Assembly (NCBI GenBank): GCA_051942205.1
Contig: JAVECO010000053.1
Coordinates: 1 to 64,000 of the forward strand
Length of the DNA stretch: 64,000 bases
From: Coniocarpon cinnabarinum
Taxonomy: Eukaryota
Direction: 5' to 3'
The notes under the pieces were generated by a model. That model saw only the letters and a program-made list of their open reading frames with translations. It searched no databases and was not told the origin of the DNA. The translations under genes and the position numbers were made by a program. Positions 36,101-47,563 of this stretch are shown here, in pieces (position 1 is the first letter of the stretch; each line of letters opens with the position of its first letter).

Positions 36101-36792
36101 AGGCCAATGAATGTATCTCGCTCTGATGTCGTCTGAAACGTTCTAGACAGTCGCATTTTCATCACCTTTGTCATAACATCCAGCGCGGTCTGCACCTGCG
36201 CACCGGAATCCCATGCTGCCGCATCTTTCTTCGCTTTGCCACCCTTGCCACCCCGTCCTTTGATTGCGGACGCTGAAGTGGACGCAGACTTCTCAGCCGC
36301 TTTGGTTTCGATTGCAGCAATCGACCACTGTAACAGAAAACCACAAGCCTCCAGTAGCTGCTTGTGCTGTTGCAATATTGCGTCTGTATCTTCTGTCTCG
36401 TTTTGAACGAGTTCGGCTTCGGCAGCTAGCCCAGAGACAACGCTATCCAAAATCTTCCCAAGCGTGTTCGGTGGTAGAAGCGATGAAGACCTTGGAGGCG
36501 CAGAGCGCGTGTTGTTAGCTTCGAGAGTGTATTCGACCGGGTTGGTGGGGAAATACTTGAGCAAGAACTGTAGCGTGTCAAAATTGCTACTGTTGAGAAG
36601 CGCATCCGAATTCTCTGCGATAGCTTCGACCACAGGGTCAAGTGCTCCATTGACGGTGGCGTTGCTGAAGCTCTCTGAGTCCTGTTCGCAGTCAACTAGC
36701 GACGAGTCGGCTTCAGGCGTTTCGATTGATTGAGGGTCTGCGAGGTACTCCTTGAGGCTATTGTTGACGTCGAAATCAACGCGCCGGCTCAT
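33157..36792 (-). CDS. YCS4: Condensin complex subunit 1 (Ycs4/Cnd1/NCAPD2)
   Basis: HEAT-repeat protein with RFLDVNPYCR, RSNVVIALGDMAVCFN and LILAGQVKVKGQLGEMAKCLED. Likely start MSRRVDF at 36792. A 66-nt in-frame intron (36556-36491, GTATTT..GCTAAC..AAG) is hidden in the ORF. Confidence 0.93.
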   Translation of the reverse strand: MSRRVDFDVNNSLKEYLADPQSIETPEADSSLVDCEQDSESFSNATVNGALDPVVEAIAENSDALLNSSNFDTLQFLLKYFPTNPVEYTLEANNTRSAPPRSSSLLPPNTLGKILDSVVSGLAAEAELVQNETEDTDAILQQHKQLLEACGFLLQWSIAAIETKAAEKSASTSASAIKGRGGKGGKAKKDAAAWDSGAQVQTALDVMTKVMKMRLSRTFQTTSERDTFIGLFTRAVYLILESEARVKTTAIRMHCFKVLCIAIKHHGHAYGAQTSIIQNLSYFEHLSEPMAELLHILSDQYDYPQLAEDILRELSTKEFNSNDLKGPKSVSAFVSKLSELAPRAVIKQMTSIAKFLDSESYTLRCSIIDVCANLIAMLSKQEASEQAENHKAQMNAFFDVLEERFLDVNPYCRCRVLQAWVKICDLESKFAKRRQSATSLAARSLEDKSSNVRRNAVKLLGKLIATHPFSVLHGGQLSHKEWHDRLEAVDGELHKLKPAEDTPGLDETSNDKIDEALLDDATEADGERPPEPKEMSEEEKQAAVQKAAEEAATSEAVGKLQLTRRYYLEALAFIEVLHEATPAIVQLLLSKNKSEVIESMDFFMVADAYRIEMARDGIRKMLHLIWTKGNSDEGKGVQTHLIECYKSIFFSAPDSFSHNDAANFIARNMISLTFGASVSELTSLEQLLCTMMRDNLISELVIGKLWQVYGVQKREISKSQRRGAILVLSMLALADPKIVHEEVETMLRVGLGGYGRLDFALAKYTCIALSRMMPTKKKAKDPKVTFARLPNDHAVLQRLAASAMIQSDSKEWYGVAEQAVGAIYTLSKHPDVLCSDLLRTKTKEVFARQAIPKTEDIDGDEEMQNTQSEEDDPAKKTQRPKNALAQLLFVVGHVAIKQIVHLELCELDFKKRKAERDKEKPVNSSPDKKKNEDEAELDLIGGTTEDDFTEAMNHIREREILYGANALLSNYGPLVSEICSNNTAYPDENLQAVSSICLAKLMCVSSEYCEKNLPLLITILERSKDPITRSNVVIALGDMAVCFNNLIDENTDFLYRRLSDQDTSVRRTCLMTLTFLILAGQVKVKGQLGEMAKCLEDDDRRIADLSRMFFTELATKDNAVYNQFVDMFSVLSADQELEEESFKKILKFLAGFIEKDKHAKQLAHKLAARLSRCDDERQWNDVAYALSLLQHKDEDIQKTVQEGFKVVQAAA

Positions 36793-36911
36793 CGTGACCT
36801 GCGCAAGTGACTCAATTCCCTTGCGCAAGGATAATGAGGGTGTGGAAATAGTAGCAGTGGCCTTTGAATTTCATATGATAAACAGTTTAACAAATCGGGT
36901 TAGCTCTGTTT

Positions 36912-37042
36912 ACGCGAAACCACCAGCGCGTCAACCACTAAATATACCTACCCCACACGACACAGCAACGAATTCGTTCAGTCGAGCCTGCCGTTTTTGA
37001 ACTCATACAACTATCAACACCTGCAAATGATGCGTAACGCGT
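36912..37042. promoter_or_regulatory. Bidirectional YCS4/CDC7 promoter with MCB-like elements
   Basis: ACGCGA at 36912, GCGCGT at 36926 and ACGCGT at 37037, within the ~280-bp divergent gap. Confidence 0.55.
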
Positions 37043-37074
37043 CATGGCTGTGGTGAACTCCCGAACAACGCCTT

Positions 37075-38484
37075 ATGGGAAGCATGGCGCTTCTGGATCA
37101 AGCGCATCAACACAACGGAGGACAATTCATCTACGAAGACGAAGATGACAATGAGAATGAAATATATTTCGACAGTCGAGAGGGCCAACCGGTGGAGGAT
37201 AGTGGCCGTACACAGTCTGCGGATAGCGGCGACGAGGAGCAGCAGAGCAACCTTGAAGATTCGGTGATCGAGGACATGCGTGGCTTGGAACACTGCTTCG
37301 AAGGGTTTACCTCCAAATACCGGCTCATTAATCGAATAGGTGAAGGAACGTTCTCCACGGTCTACAAGGCCGAGGACCTGGCCTACAATCAACACAGCAA
37401 CGAGTGGGACTATGAAGCCACCGAGAACCGGTTCTACTTTTCGCCATCTGGGAGGAAGCACAAGCGGAAGGAGTCCAAGCATCACTATGTCGCCATTAAG
37501 AAGATCTACGTCACAAGCAGTCCCCAGCGGATTCTAAACGAGCTCGAGCTGCTCTACGCGCTTCGCGACCGTCCTGCTATTGCCCCATTGATCACAGCGT
37601 TTAGAGATCGTGACCAAGTCATTGCGATCTTGCCATACTTCCGCCATCTGGACTTCCGCTCGTATTTCCGGGAGCTCACACCCGCGGACATGCGCGTCTA
37701 CTTTCGCTCCCTGTTCACTGGGCTTCATGCCGTCCACGAAAAGGGCATCATCCATCGTGATATCAAACCTACGAATTTCCTGTACGACACCAACACCAAA
37801 CGTGGTGTCCTTGTCGACTTTGGTCTCGCTGAATGGGAAGGTACCGACCATTCATCCTGTGTTTGTGAGCTTGGACAGGAGGAACATCTCTACCGAATCC
37901 GCAACAGTTACTATCAGACCCGTGAGAAGATCCTGGGGCATCCCAAAGGCGACACACGTCCATCCATCCGTGCCAATCGAGCAGGCACAAGGGGGTTCCG
38001 TGCCCCTGAGGTTCTTTTCAAGTGCACGGCACAGACGACCAAACTCGACATCTGGTCTGTTGGAGTGATCCTGTTGACAATAATTTGCAAACGCTTCCCG
38101 TTCTTCAACTCATCAGATGACATTGAGGCTGTCATAGAACTTGCAACTATTTTTGGTAAGTTGAAAATGCGCAAAGCCGCGTTGCAGCATGGTCAGGTTT
38201 TTGAGACCAACATCCCTACTATTGGCGATAGGGGCCACAATCTCGACGCTGTCATTGCTTGGAGCTTGGACCGCCCGACGCGTGACCGTCACGGTAATCG
38301 TGTCAACAACGGCCTCAGGGAGGACGAATTGGCTGTAGTCAGGTTCCTTGACGACTTGCTGCAGTTGGACCCCAGAAGACGACTGACGGCAGAAGAAGCG
38401 CTAGACCATCCATTCCTGAGGGAGCACGACGATGATGATAGTGAGAACGAAATGGATGTGTTAACGTTTAGCTCGACGACTTGA
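37075..38484 (+). CDS. CDC7: Cdc7 (DDK) serine/threonine kinase
   Basis: IGEGTFSTVYKA, VAIKKIYVTSSPQRI, HRDIKPTNFL, LVDFGLA and the Cdc7-specific RANRAGTRGFRAPEVL. Confidence 0.95.
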   Translation: MGSMALLDQAHQHNGGQFIYEDEDDNENEIYFDSREGQPVEDSGRTQSADSGDEEQQSNLEDSVIEDMRGLEHCFEGFTSKYRLINRIGEGTFSTVYKAEDLAYNQHSNEWDYEATENRFYFSPSGRKHKRKESKHHYVAIKKIYVTSSPQRILNELELLYALRDRPAIAPLITAFRDRDQVIAILPYFRHLDFRSYFRELTPADMRVYFRSLFTGLHAVHEKGIIHRDIKPTNFLYDTNTKRGVLVDFGLAEWEGTDHSSCVCELGQEEHLYRIRNSYYQTREKILGHPKGDTRPSIRANRAGTRGFRAPEVLFKCTAQTTKLDIWSVGVILLTIICKRFPFFNSSDDIEAVIELATIFGKLKMRKAALQHGQVFETNIPTIGDRGHNLDAVIAWSLDRPTRDRHGNRVNNGLREDELAVVRFLDDLLQLDPRRRLTAEEALDHPFLREHDDDDSENEMDVLTFSSTT

Positions 38485-39336
38485 ACTAATCTTAAGAACA
38501 ACAAGTATTGCATGGGATACAGAGTCATTGTACAGATACGCATTATACCCATTCTTTGGCGGCACAGCGCACATGGACATTGTGGTTGAGGTAATGTATG
38601 AGGCCGTTGCAGGCATGATAGCTGATATGTATGCATCAAAGAAAACAAAGACACTGGTAGTCCATATCTTGTAGCCGAAACTACATTTTGAGTCGTGAAT
38701 CACACGGTTGGATACCATGGTAGAATCTTCACCCAAAGCACAACTTAACAGACTTGACTGAAAAGAGTCGATCATACACCAACACTGCCTACGCGTCGCG
38801 GACAGACTTACATTGTATTGAATAGAAACCGGCACTTGACTTATAGGAAAGTACTTGCCGTATTTTTATACTAGCATCTTATTAAGCGCAGACGATTTTC
38901 ACTGTTGTATCGATAACTTTGTGACTTGGAGTTTTACTATCGCAGAGACTTGCTGTCCAGACTGAAGCCCAGCCACGACCCTATTCTCTGACCATGCTAC
39001 TCCTCGAGACCTGATGCAAAGTTACTTGCTGTGCAGCGTTGATGGAAAGAACCCAGTAGGTAGCACGGTCCTGACAATCCGAGTTTCCATACACACGAAA
39101 AGTAGCAAAGATCTAGGAGCGTGCGGGCACGTCAATTTCTAGAAACGATACGAGACAACTCTTTCCCTAATTCCCACGATAGTTGCATAGCACAGGTGTC
39201 GCTGAGCATGAGAGGTATCGGAAGAACTATTTTCCTTGCGCTTACCTAATCGACCACGAAACTCACTTTGCGCAATTCCTCACCACCACGCCAGCTAGGT
39301 ATACTTGCTCTTTGAATTCCACCACACATCGCAATC

Positions 39337-40275
39337 ATGCCGACCAGATTGCACCAAACGCGCAAGCAGTACGTCGCCTCTTGTTCTCCAATCTGTACTT
39401 CCCGTTACCCATATCTGCCCGCACCTCCAGCGCGCACCAACCTCTATACGCGCCACCACACCCAACACATTCCTTCTCCACTCTCTTCCTCGTGGCCCCA
39501 TTTCGCCTCCACTCTCTCTGCACACCTCGCGCAACTATAATAAAGTCTGAGAAAAGCTAACGAATCCCAGCCGCGGTCACGTCTCCGCCGGCCACGGCCG
39601 CATCGGCAAACACAGAAAACACCCTGGCGGTCGCGGCATGGCCGGAGGCCAGCACCACCACCGCACGAACCTGGATAAATACCACCCCGGATACTTTGGC
39701 AAAGTGGGGATGCGGCATTTCCACATGTTGAAGAATCATTATTGGAAGCCGAGCGTGAATCTGGACAAGGTATGTGTTTCTTTTTCGTGGGTTCCTCGGA
39801 TATCGGTGGAAGAGATGGAGAGGTGCGGTGTGTGGAGGATGTGGCGCGTTGAGAAGAATGCAAAAGAGGGTGTGGACGGTGGCTGCGCATGTGGGGAAAA
39901 ACGGGAGTGGTGTGCAGAAATGGGGCGCTTTGGACGGAGCCGTGCAGAAATTGCGACGTCGAAAGAAGTACACAGGAAAGAAGAGGAAGGCGGCAGTCGA
40001 ATCTCAGCAGAATACACGATAGCAAAAGGCATGACTAACGACAGACACAGCTCTGGACGCTCGTCCCCGCCGAAACTCGAGAAAAATACCTCTCCCCCTC
40101 CGCCATGAAAAGCGACACCGCCCCCGTCGTCGATCTCCTGCCGCTAGGCTACGCCAAGTTACTCGGAAAGGGGCGATTGCCGGAAGTGCCGATCATCGTG
40201 AAGGCGAGATACGTGAGTAAATTGGCGGAGCGGAAGATCAAGGAGGCCGGAGGGACGATTGTGTTGGAGGCGTGA
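39337..40275 (+). CDS. RPL28: 60S ribosomal protein uL15 (L28/L27a)
   Basis: Exons 39337-39368, 39571-39769 and 40051-40275 give [67 protein letters not shown]. Confidence 0.97.
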
Positions 40276-40736
40276 GTGTTTCCGAAGTACGTGGTGGTGT
40301 AGTACGGTGGAGGAAGGATGAAATGACGGAGGGTGGAGGCGGAGTGACGTGAGGGCTCGTGGAGAGGATGCGCACAGACGAGGAGATAAATATCGAGTCG
40401 AGGTATACGCATAGCAAGACTCGCAATGAGGTTTCAATTGTCGTCAAGCGCAGACGACGAATCACGGAATGCATCCATCACGATGCCATGTTCCCGTGTA
40501 ATGTAGCCCCTCCCCATGCCTCAACTCATGTCATACATCCCCCTCTCCAGAGCCCAGCCAACGATACAGAATGCCGTCACAGCTCGTTACACCCACACGT
40601 GCGTCTTACATGTGTCTCGTATACCGCCTCCTGCTGTTCGCAAGACGATCGAAAAATCGACAAGTCCGTACGTTCTTCACATGTCGGGAATGGTATCAAG
40701 GTCGTGCGTCGATGCTCCTGATAACGGCGTGCCTCC

Positions 40737-43700
40737 TCACCAAAGCGGATTCTTGAGTCCCGTCAAGTTATCCAACAAGCTCTTCTCATCCTCATTCGAT
40801 TTCTTGCGCTGTCCCTGCAACTGCTCAAGTTAGCGTCCTGCATCCATCCTCAACAAACCCAGCAAGACCAGTCAACTCACCTCCAATTGAACCCCTCGGT
40901 GCACAGCCACAAGCCAATCAACATAACTCCTCTCCTCCGAATTCCGATCCTCCATTAAAGACCGCGCAAACTCAAACTCACTCCCATCCATGCCCTGTCG
41001 CGCAATCTGCAAAACACATCCCTTACTCCCCCGCGCATCGCCCATGAACTGTAACACGTTTCTGACCTGCGCGTTGAGATGCGTTTCCAGCACCGGCAGT
41101 TCGCTCAAGTAGGGATCCACGGCCTCGAGACCGGTGACGGCGGGACCGAGCAAGTCCTCGAGGAGGTTGGGCGAGACCTGTGTGTGGAGCCAGAGGATGA
41201 CGGGGCCAGTCGCCGGATCAACGAGGTAGGCGCCGCCTTCTTCGACGCGGCCCCAGGAGAGGCGCATGGACGCCGGTAATTTGAGGTGGCCCCGCTCGTT
41301 GGGGAAGCCGTCGGCGGGGTCGAGATTATGGAGCGCGATCATGCGCGGGTAGAGATGTAGTGATAACTCGGCCGGCGTCAACGCCTTGATGGAACGCATA
41401 TCATAGACGCGTCGATCAGCCGGTTCGATACCGCCCTTCAATGCTCGTGTCTTGAGGAGGCAAAGGGCGTAGAGCGCGAATTCTTTCAGGTTCTCAGGCA
41501 GGACTAATTGGCCTGGCGGATGGGAGCCCGAGAAGTTCCGGCGATATGAGGAGAGGATGTCGATTGTTTTCTCGGTAATGCGGGCGCGGATGTCCTTCAG
41601 GATTTTGTCGGGCATCTGGTGCGCGGCCTGTTTGGCGAAGAGGGAAACAACGGCGTCCTGGTCGACCAGTTTCATCGCCGCTAGTGCGCCTTCAGAGACA
41701 GAAGCGACCGTGTTGGTGCAGCGGATGCGGCGGTGGCCATCTGCTGTTGTATAAAGGAGGGCGCTTTGAAAATGGGCGTCGAGTTTGGGATCTAGTTTAC
41801 CGTCGTAGGAGAAGGAGGCGCCGAAAGATTTGTCGGCGTCGATGGAGCCCAACTCGATATCCGCGCCGAAGGTGTGCTGGGTGAAGTTGCCGAAATAATT
41901 CGACACTTGTAAGCCATTGCTACAGCGGACTTTGAGGAGCGCTTGAAACCCGGATTCTCGAGTCAGATTGCGGGAGAGCTCCTTCGCTATGCGGGCGTTG
42001 TCGCGTGGGTAGACGTAGTTGGGGTAGTAGTAGACTTCGCCGCCGGTCTTCTCGGAGACGTGACCGATTGTCGCAATATCGAGGTAGCCGCCTTGAGGAG
42101 CGGCGAGGAAGAAGTCAGCGCCAATGCCCGCTTCAGTCATGTTCTTTGCGGCTTTGTGGAAGCCTGGGTGTTCAGTCGCGAAGACCTTGCGCTCACCGTC
42201 CGTATCTCTGAGTTCAGGCTTCTCCCGCATGAAGAGCCGTCCAGGACCCCATGTTGGCAGTGAAGCTAAAGATGTGATGAGGCGCCCGCCGGTAGGTTTG
42301 AGCGACTCTAGCGCGGCGTTCAGGGCAGGGAGAAGTGCAGGTTCAGGGTGTTTGATCCTGGAGAACATGGCAGGCAACTTGTTGAGCAGGTTTGTGATGG
42401 CGGTGCGGAATTCATAGGGATTGACGAAGGTGTTGCCGGCTGTGGGAAGGAACGGCTCTTCGATGTCAGGCATGACATACATTGATGAATGTTCAGATTC
42501 GGGTGCAAAGGTGTAAAAGTGAGCTTCCTTGTCAAACGTCGCAAAGCCAACTTGAGAGCCAGTGGCCATCTTCGGCACGTCCGCAGCGCCGTTGACATCC
42601 CCGTCGGTCTCTTGATTATGACTCTTGCCATAGAGCGCCTCGAGGACGCCTTGACGAAAGCACTCCAAGAACCCTTTGCTCACAGACTCCATGCTGACGT
42701 CGATCAAAAATAGCCAGCGTTGCGGTACTGGATCCTTGGTCCAGTACTCACGTGGCGCGGCGAATTCAATCGTACCCATTGACAATTCCGGTCTTTGTGT
42801 TCGATCGACTCGAGTTCCTGATGGATCGGTAGGAGCAAAATAGGCTGGGTCAACATCGTTGGGAAAGGTGCACATATTGCACACAAACTTGTTGCCTCCA
42901 GATCTGAACACCATGAAAGGGTTGATGTAAGTTCGACATCTTCGACATCGCGGCGGACCTTGATCACCAAAGTCTACGACAGGCACAGGTTGCTCGCCGT
43001 CTTGCTGTGGTGCCAGCGGCTGCAGAATCAGTCCGAGAGGTATTGAGGTAGAGTTGAGGGCTTCTGAAGTGGTAGGAATATTATTCAATGTGAGGCGACA
43101 GTACTTGGGCGATGAGTTGCTCTGATCGACAGCCACGAACGGGACACATGCGGGAGGTGGGAGATGCTGCTCCATTGTGGGATATACATTCTCCAGATAG
43201 TACTCGGCTGGGGCATCTCTTGACCACGGTATGCTGGGTACTTGCTCTGGATCAACTTTCCCTTGTGCAGACGTTATTGGCTGCCCTTGAAGAGGTGTTC
43301 CTGCTCGCATTGGTTGTTGTGGATGTTGCTGTTGGAAACTCTGAACACCCACTCCAGGCGTGCCTGGTTGTGACCATTGCTGTTGATTTTGATACCCCTG
43401 GAACCCAGGTTGTGCCTGCGCATTCTGATCCCATTGTTGTCCACCTGGCGGTGCCCATTGCCCTCCTGCTGCTGGCATGGGCGGTGCGCCTCCACTTGCC
43501 GTGCCCACATCATGGTATGCATGTCGCCCTTTTTTCCTCATCGTCCCTCTTCCACCTGGCTGACCGTCCATATTCATCGCACCCATCTGCGTATTGAGTT
43601 GGTGCATGTCTCCACCTGCGCCGAGTTGGCCTGCTTGTGGGAAAAATGACTGATCTTGTTGTGGTTGGCCTTGCTGGGCGCCGTATGGCTGCTGTCCAGG

Positions 43701-43817
43701 AGGTGCTCCTTGCTCGTAAGCCTGTTGAGGAGCTCCATACTGTGGCGCTCCACCGCCTTGGTATCCATACGGGGCCTGCCCGCCGAAGCCTTGTTGGTTT
43801 GGTGGTTGGTATGCCAT
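40737..43817 (-). CDS. COPII Sec24-family protein (Sfb3/Lst1/Sec24C-like)
   Basis: Gln/Pro/Gly-rich N-terminus, Zn finger PPRCRRCRTYINPF..CNMC, vWA trunk, VRCSNGL, QLVLPENLK. A final short exon (LQGQRKK..NPLW*) follows an intron at ~40880-40820. Confidence 0.9.
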
Positions 43818-44299
43818 TGTGGATTTGACGAGGTAGATGCTACCGCAGGAAATCTCTCATCTTGTTGCCGAAGTTGCTTCTGCAGCCAGTCGGCGTGACC
43901 GTGATCGTTTGGAAGGTCTTGGTGGTCTTACTCGAAATACTCTCTCATTTGCTGGTTAATTTCTAGAAACCAATACGCACCGCTCGTCCATTTGCAACGT
44001 TGAACTATACGGACACTTGTGTCTTTCCTATTCAGGAAGTCTATTCTGCAGTATTTCACCATCCCTGTCGCAGTTCGCTGCCACGACTCAAGGTTCATAC
44101 ATAAAAGGCGTTTCCGCAACTTGGTCAGGATCACGAGCTTATACGATGAGATCAGTCTAGGCCACAAAGTCATGATTCCAATGACAGTAACCCTTCGAAA
44201 CTCGCAAGACGCAGAAACATAGTGCGACAAGCACTTTGCTACAAGGCTCTCGTGGCTTGAACCTATGCTAGCTTTTTGATCAGATCAAAGAAATGCCTG

Positions 44300-47136
44300 C
44301 TAATCTGACGCCGCCCTCGCGAGCTTGCCACCAAAAAACTTGCGAAGCCTGTCGACCGACCCAGAAAAAGGCTCCCGCTCCTCCACAAGACTCTCCTTGA
44401 TCCAACCCGGCAGCTTCCCTCGAATGTCCTTCCTCTGATATCTTTGGTCGAACAGCAGAATCGCCGCATAGTCATTCTGATGTCTGATCGCCCGTCCGAT
44501 ACTCTGATTGACCGCCCTCATGCAGGCATTCGTGTGAAATTCTTTTGCAGCGTTGCCGCGCTCTGCAGTGGACGCCGCTCGCTTCTCAACATATTCCATC
44601 TTTGCTTTCCACTCGGGTGATTGAGCATTTGGGAAGGGCAGTCCGACTACGATGATGCCCCGACCGAGTCGGCCAGCGAAGTTGATGCCCTCAGACAACG
44701 AACCACCGATGACAGCCAAAAGAAGTGCGCCGCCAGTGTTCCGAGGATCGTGGATGCGTGCAGAATAGTCCGTGAGGACTTGATCAACTGTTTTTTGCTT
44801 CGCTTCTGTAGGGAGATCGTTGGTTGCTGCTTCACGGGTTCCCGAGCCCGCTTCGGACTTCTCCATGAAGATGCGCTTCGTTGCTGAGATTTGATTCCAT
44901 AGCGAGTCACCGCCCGCAGGCTGCTGCCACTCTTTCACTGCAAGGTTGAGATAAGCGTAGCTCGAGAAGAAAACGACCAAGCCGTCTGGCACCACTTTGG
45001 CGCCAGTAAGTACGGCTCTGCCTAACTCCTGAATCATGGTAGAAGAGTTCCGGCGACCATAGGTGAATTCGAAGTCGTGCCCGTGAGGACCGCGCTCGAT
45101 TGCCATAGCCACTAGATTGCTGCGTGGGATGACGTGACCGCATGAGAGGGTCTTGATCTTTGCAGACGGCAAGTAACTGAGTAGATGATTGGTGTAATCC
45201 TCCATTGGCGACATTGTACCACCTGCAAGAATCACGGCCCTTGCCTCTTCGACGATTTTCTGGAAATGATACGTGGGATCTAGCGAGAGGTATTTGAGCA
45301 CAACGTCTTGCTCCGTGTCATGACCACTGACAGATTTAGAGTAGAAGAAGCGTCCCTCTTTTGACGGATGGGTTAGCGCAAGCAGAAAGCTCTGTACGTG
45401 CATTAGCACCGGTACAGACGCTCGCTTTGGTCTTTGCTGGACGTTGCTTGATTGCTTGATTCCCTGATTTTCAGTGAAGTCTGTGTATCTATCCACTTTT
45501 CGAGCAAGCTTGCTCTCCTGCAAGTAGTGCATCAACTTGTGCATGTTAAGTTGGTCAACGCCCTTGCTAGCCATCAAGTCTCCAATTTGCACTACTCCCT
45601 GGGCGTTCTGAGTACCTTGACATCTTCCTTCTAGGTATGCCGCCAATGAGTCAATCAGCCTCACCAGCTGCGTAACATACACTCGATTTTTCCCCTTCAG
45701 TTTGTTGCGAAACTTCTGCAAATACGCGGTTAACTGCGACCGGGCGTGCTTGATCTGTCGTAGAGACACGGAGACAGAGTGTAGCTCTGAAATAGTATCC
45801 ATAAGGTTGTGAGCCTCATCAACAATCACCACGTGATCCTTAAGCGACAGGTTCAGGGCCTCCCTTGCTGTCTTCTGCAGGAGCAGTGGATATGGGAGCG
45901 TAATGATCTCGCAAGGCTTGATTGCAGAGCGAGAGGCGTAGTACGGGCAGATACTCATTTTCTCACCAAGCTGGCCAAGATCCTCAATGTCTCGAATTCG
46001 TGCCAAGGTATGGTCACGGAAGTCATGGACGAGGGTCTCTCGCTCAGAGTTAGGCATAAAACCGCACTTGGCCTCCTTCGGGGTCGATGGCTGCTGCAGC
46101 TCAACACATCGTTCATTGATGGCTGTCACGTTACCGAGCTTTTTGACCTTGGGATTTATGCAGAGGTTTTTGCGAGAGCCTAACACAACGTGTTTGAAGT
46201 CTTCTGTTAGCTGTCCCGCACTCTTTTGTGACGCCTTTTCAGACGTGCCAGGCTCGTGCGGCAGTGACGGTGGCATCTGCACGCGCCGAAGCTCGCTCAC
46301 GAATTGGCTGAGTTGTGAATGAGTTCTCGAGCAGAAAAAGATCTTGAGCTCATCCTCGACTTCATCTGGGTCTTCATTATTACCACACTTTAGTGAGTCA
46401 CCGAGTTTGTCAATTAAGGCCTGTGTTTCAGACGAAAGTGGCTTTCCTGAACCCAGTGTTGCAGTCCGTGACTTTTCGTCGCCACTTTCATAGTCATCCA
46501 ACAGGAACTGTGCCTCCTCGCTTTCATCATCTTTTGAGTTGTCTGCATCTTTTTTCTACAATGCACATCAGCGCAGTCGAAGCAGCAACTTGGCATACGC
46601 ACCACTCTTTTCGCTATGGGCTCTCCGCTCTCGAAGCGCCGCCGAGCCTTCTCTTCCTTTGCTGTAATCTTTGTAAGCCGCGCGTTCAACTCGTGACGAC
46701 GCTGCAAGGTCTGTCGTCGCTTTTCTGCCCTTGCATGCTCCAGCATCCAGGCCGGCTCATCATCTCCTGTCCATATTTAGTCAACCCTAACCGAGTTTTC
46801 GCCGCAAGAGGACGCACCAGCGACCTCATCAGAGGTATTTTGCTCAAAGTCATGCCGTTTGTGCTCACGAAGCCATGTCAGCGAGCCACAAATGAGACTT
46901 AAAGATTTGCCCTTGGGTTATCAGAGACACGGCAACCGGAACTTTCTTGGATGCTTACAGTGCCTATTAGACGTCAACGGAGCCGTAGTGAGACACATCG
47001 GCATGTATAGCGAACCAGTCGGCGATTCAAAGATGCCTACTTTACCCTCTTCGATGCAATTGTAGACAGCATTCATGAACTCTAATTGAATTGGGTACGG
47101 CGTGTATGGATGATGGTAGTCTCTCTGGCGATCCAT
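44300..47136 (-). CDS. CHL1: ATP-dependent DNA helicase Chl1 (DDX11/XPD family, Fe-S)
   Basis: [64 protein letters not shown]. Two introns. Confidence 0.95.
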
Positions 47137-47244
47137 TGCTGTCAATCTTGTTCTCTCAACTTTCTTTGTGCATTGTAGATGCGGGTCACGCTCTGAGATG
47201 CAAAATCTTCAGCGCTGTTTCAGGCATTAGAACGATATCATGTA

Positions 47245-47271
47245 ACGCGTCCTAGACCCGCATTAACGCGT
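47245..47271. promoter_or_regulatory. Paired MCB elements upstream of CHL1
   Basis: TAACGCGTC occurs twice (ACGCGT at 47245 and 47266), about 110-135 bp upstream of the ATG. Confidence 0.65.
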
Positions 47272-47563
47272 CGCATGCGAGTCACGTGTTACAGAAGTTC
47301 TTAGATGAAAGCCAGAATTCACACCTCAATCAACAGGGATCAACAAGTGATTATTACTCTATGCAAATGTGGCAGCTACCAATGAGTGCTATCTACAGTG
47401 TGTTGCCATCGTCCTCGTGTCATTAATCCCTTGCGGTCTCGCAGCATGAATGTCATAATCTATGTTTCCGGCATTCTGTATGCCCCAGTCCTGACAACGC
47501 CTTGTAGGTGCCGGTCAAAATACCCCCATGCTCGCTTGCACAATTATTTAGCAACACAGGCGC

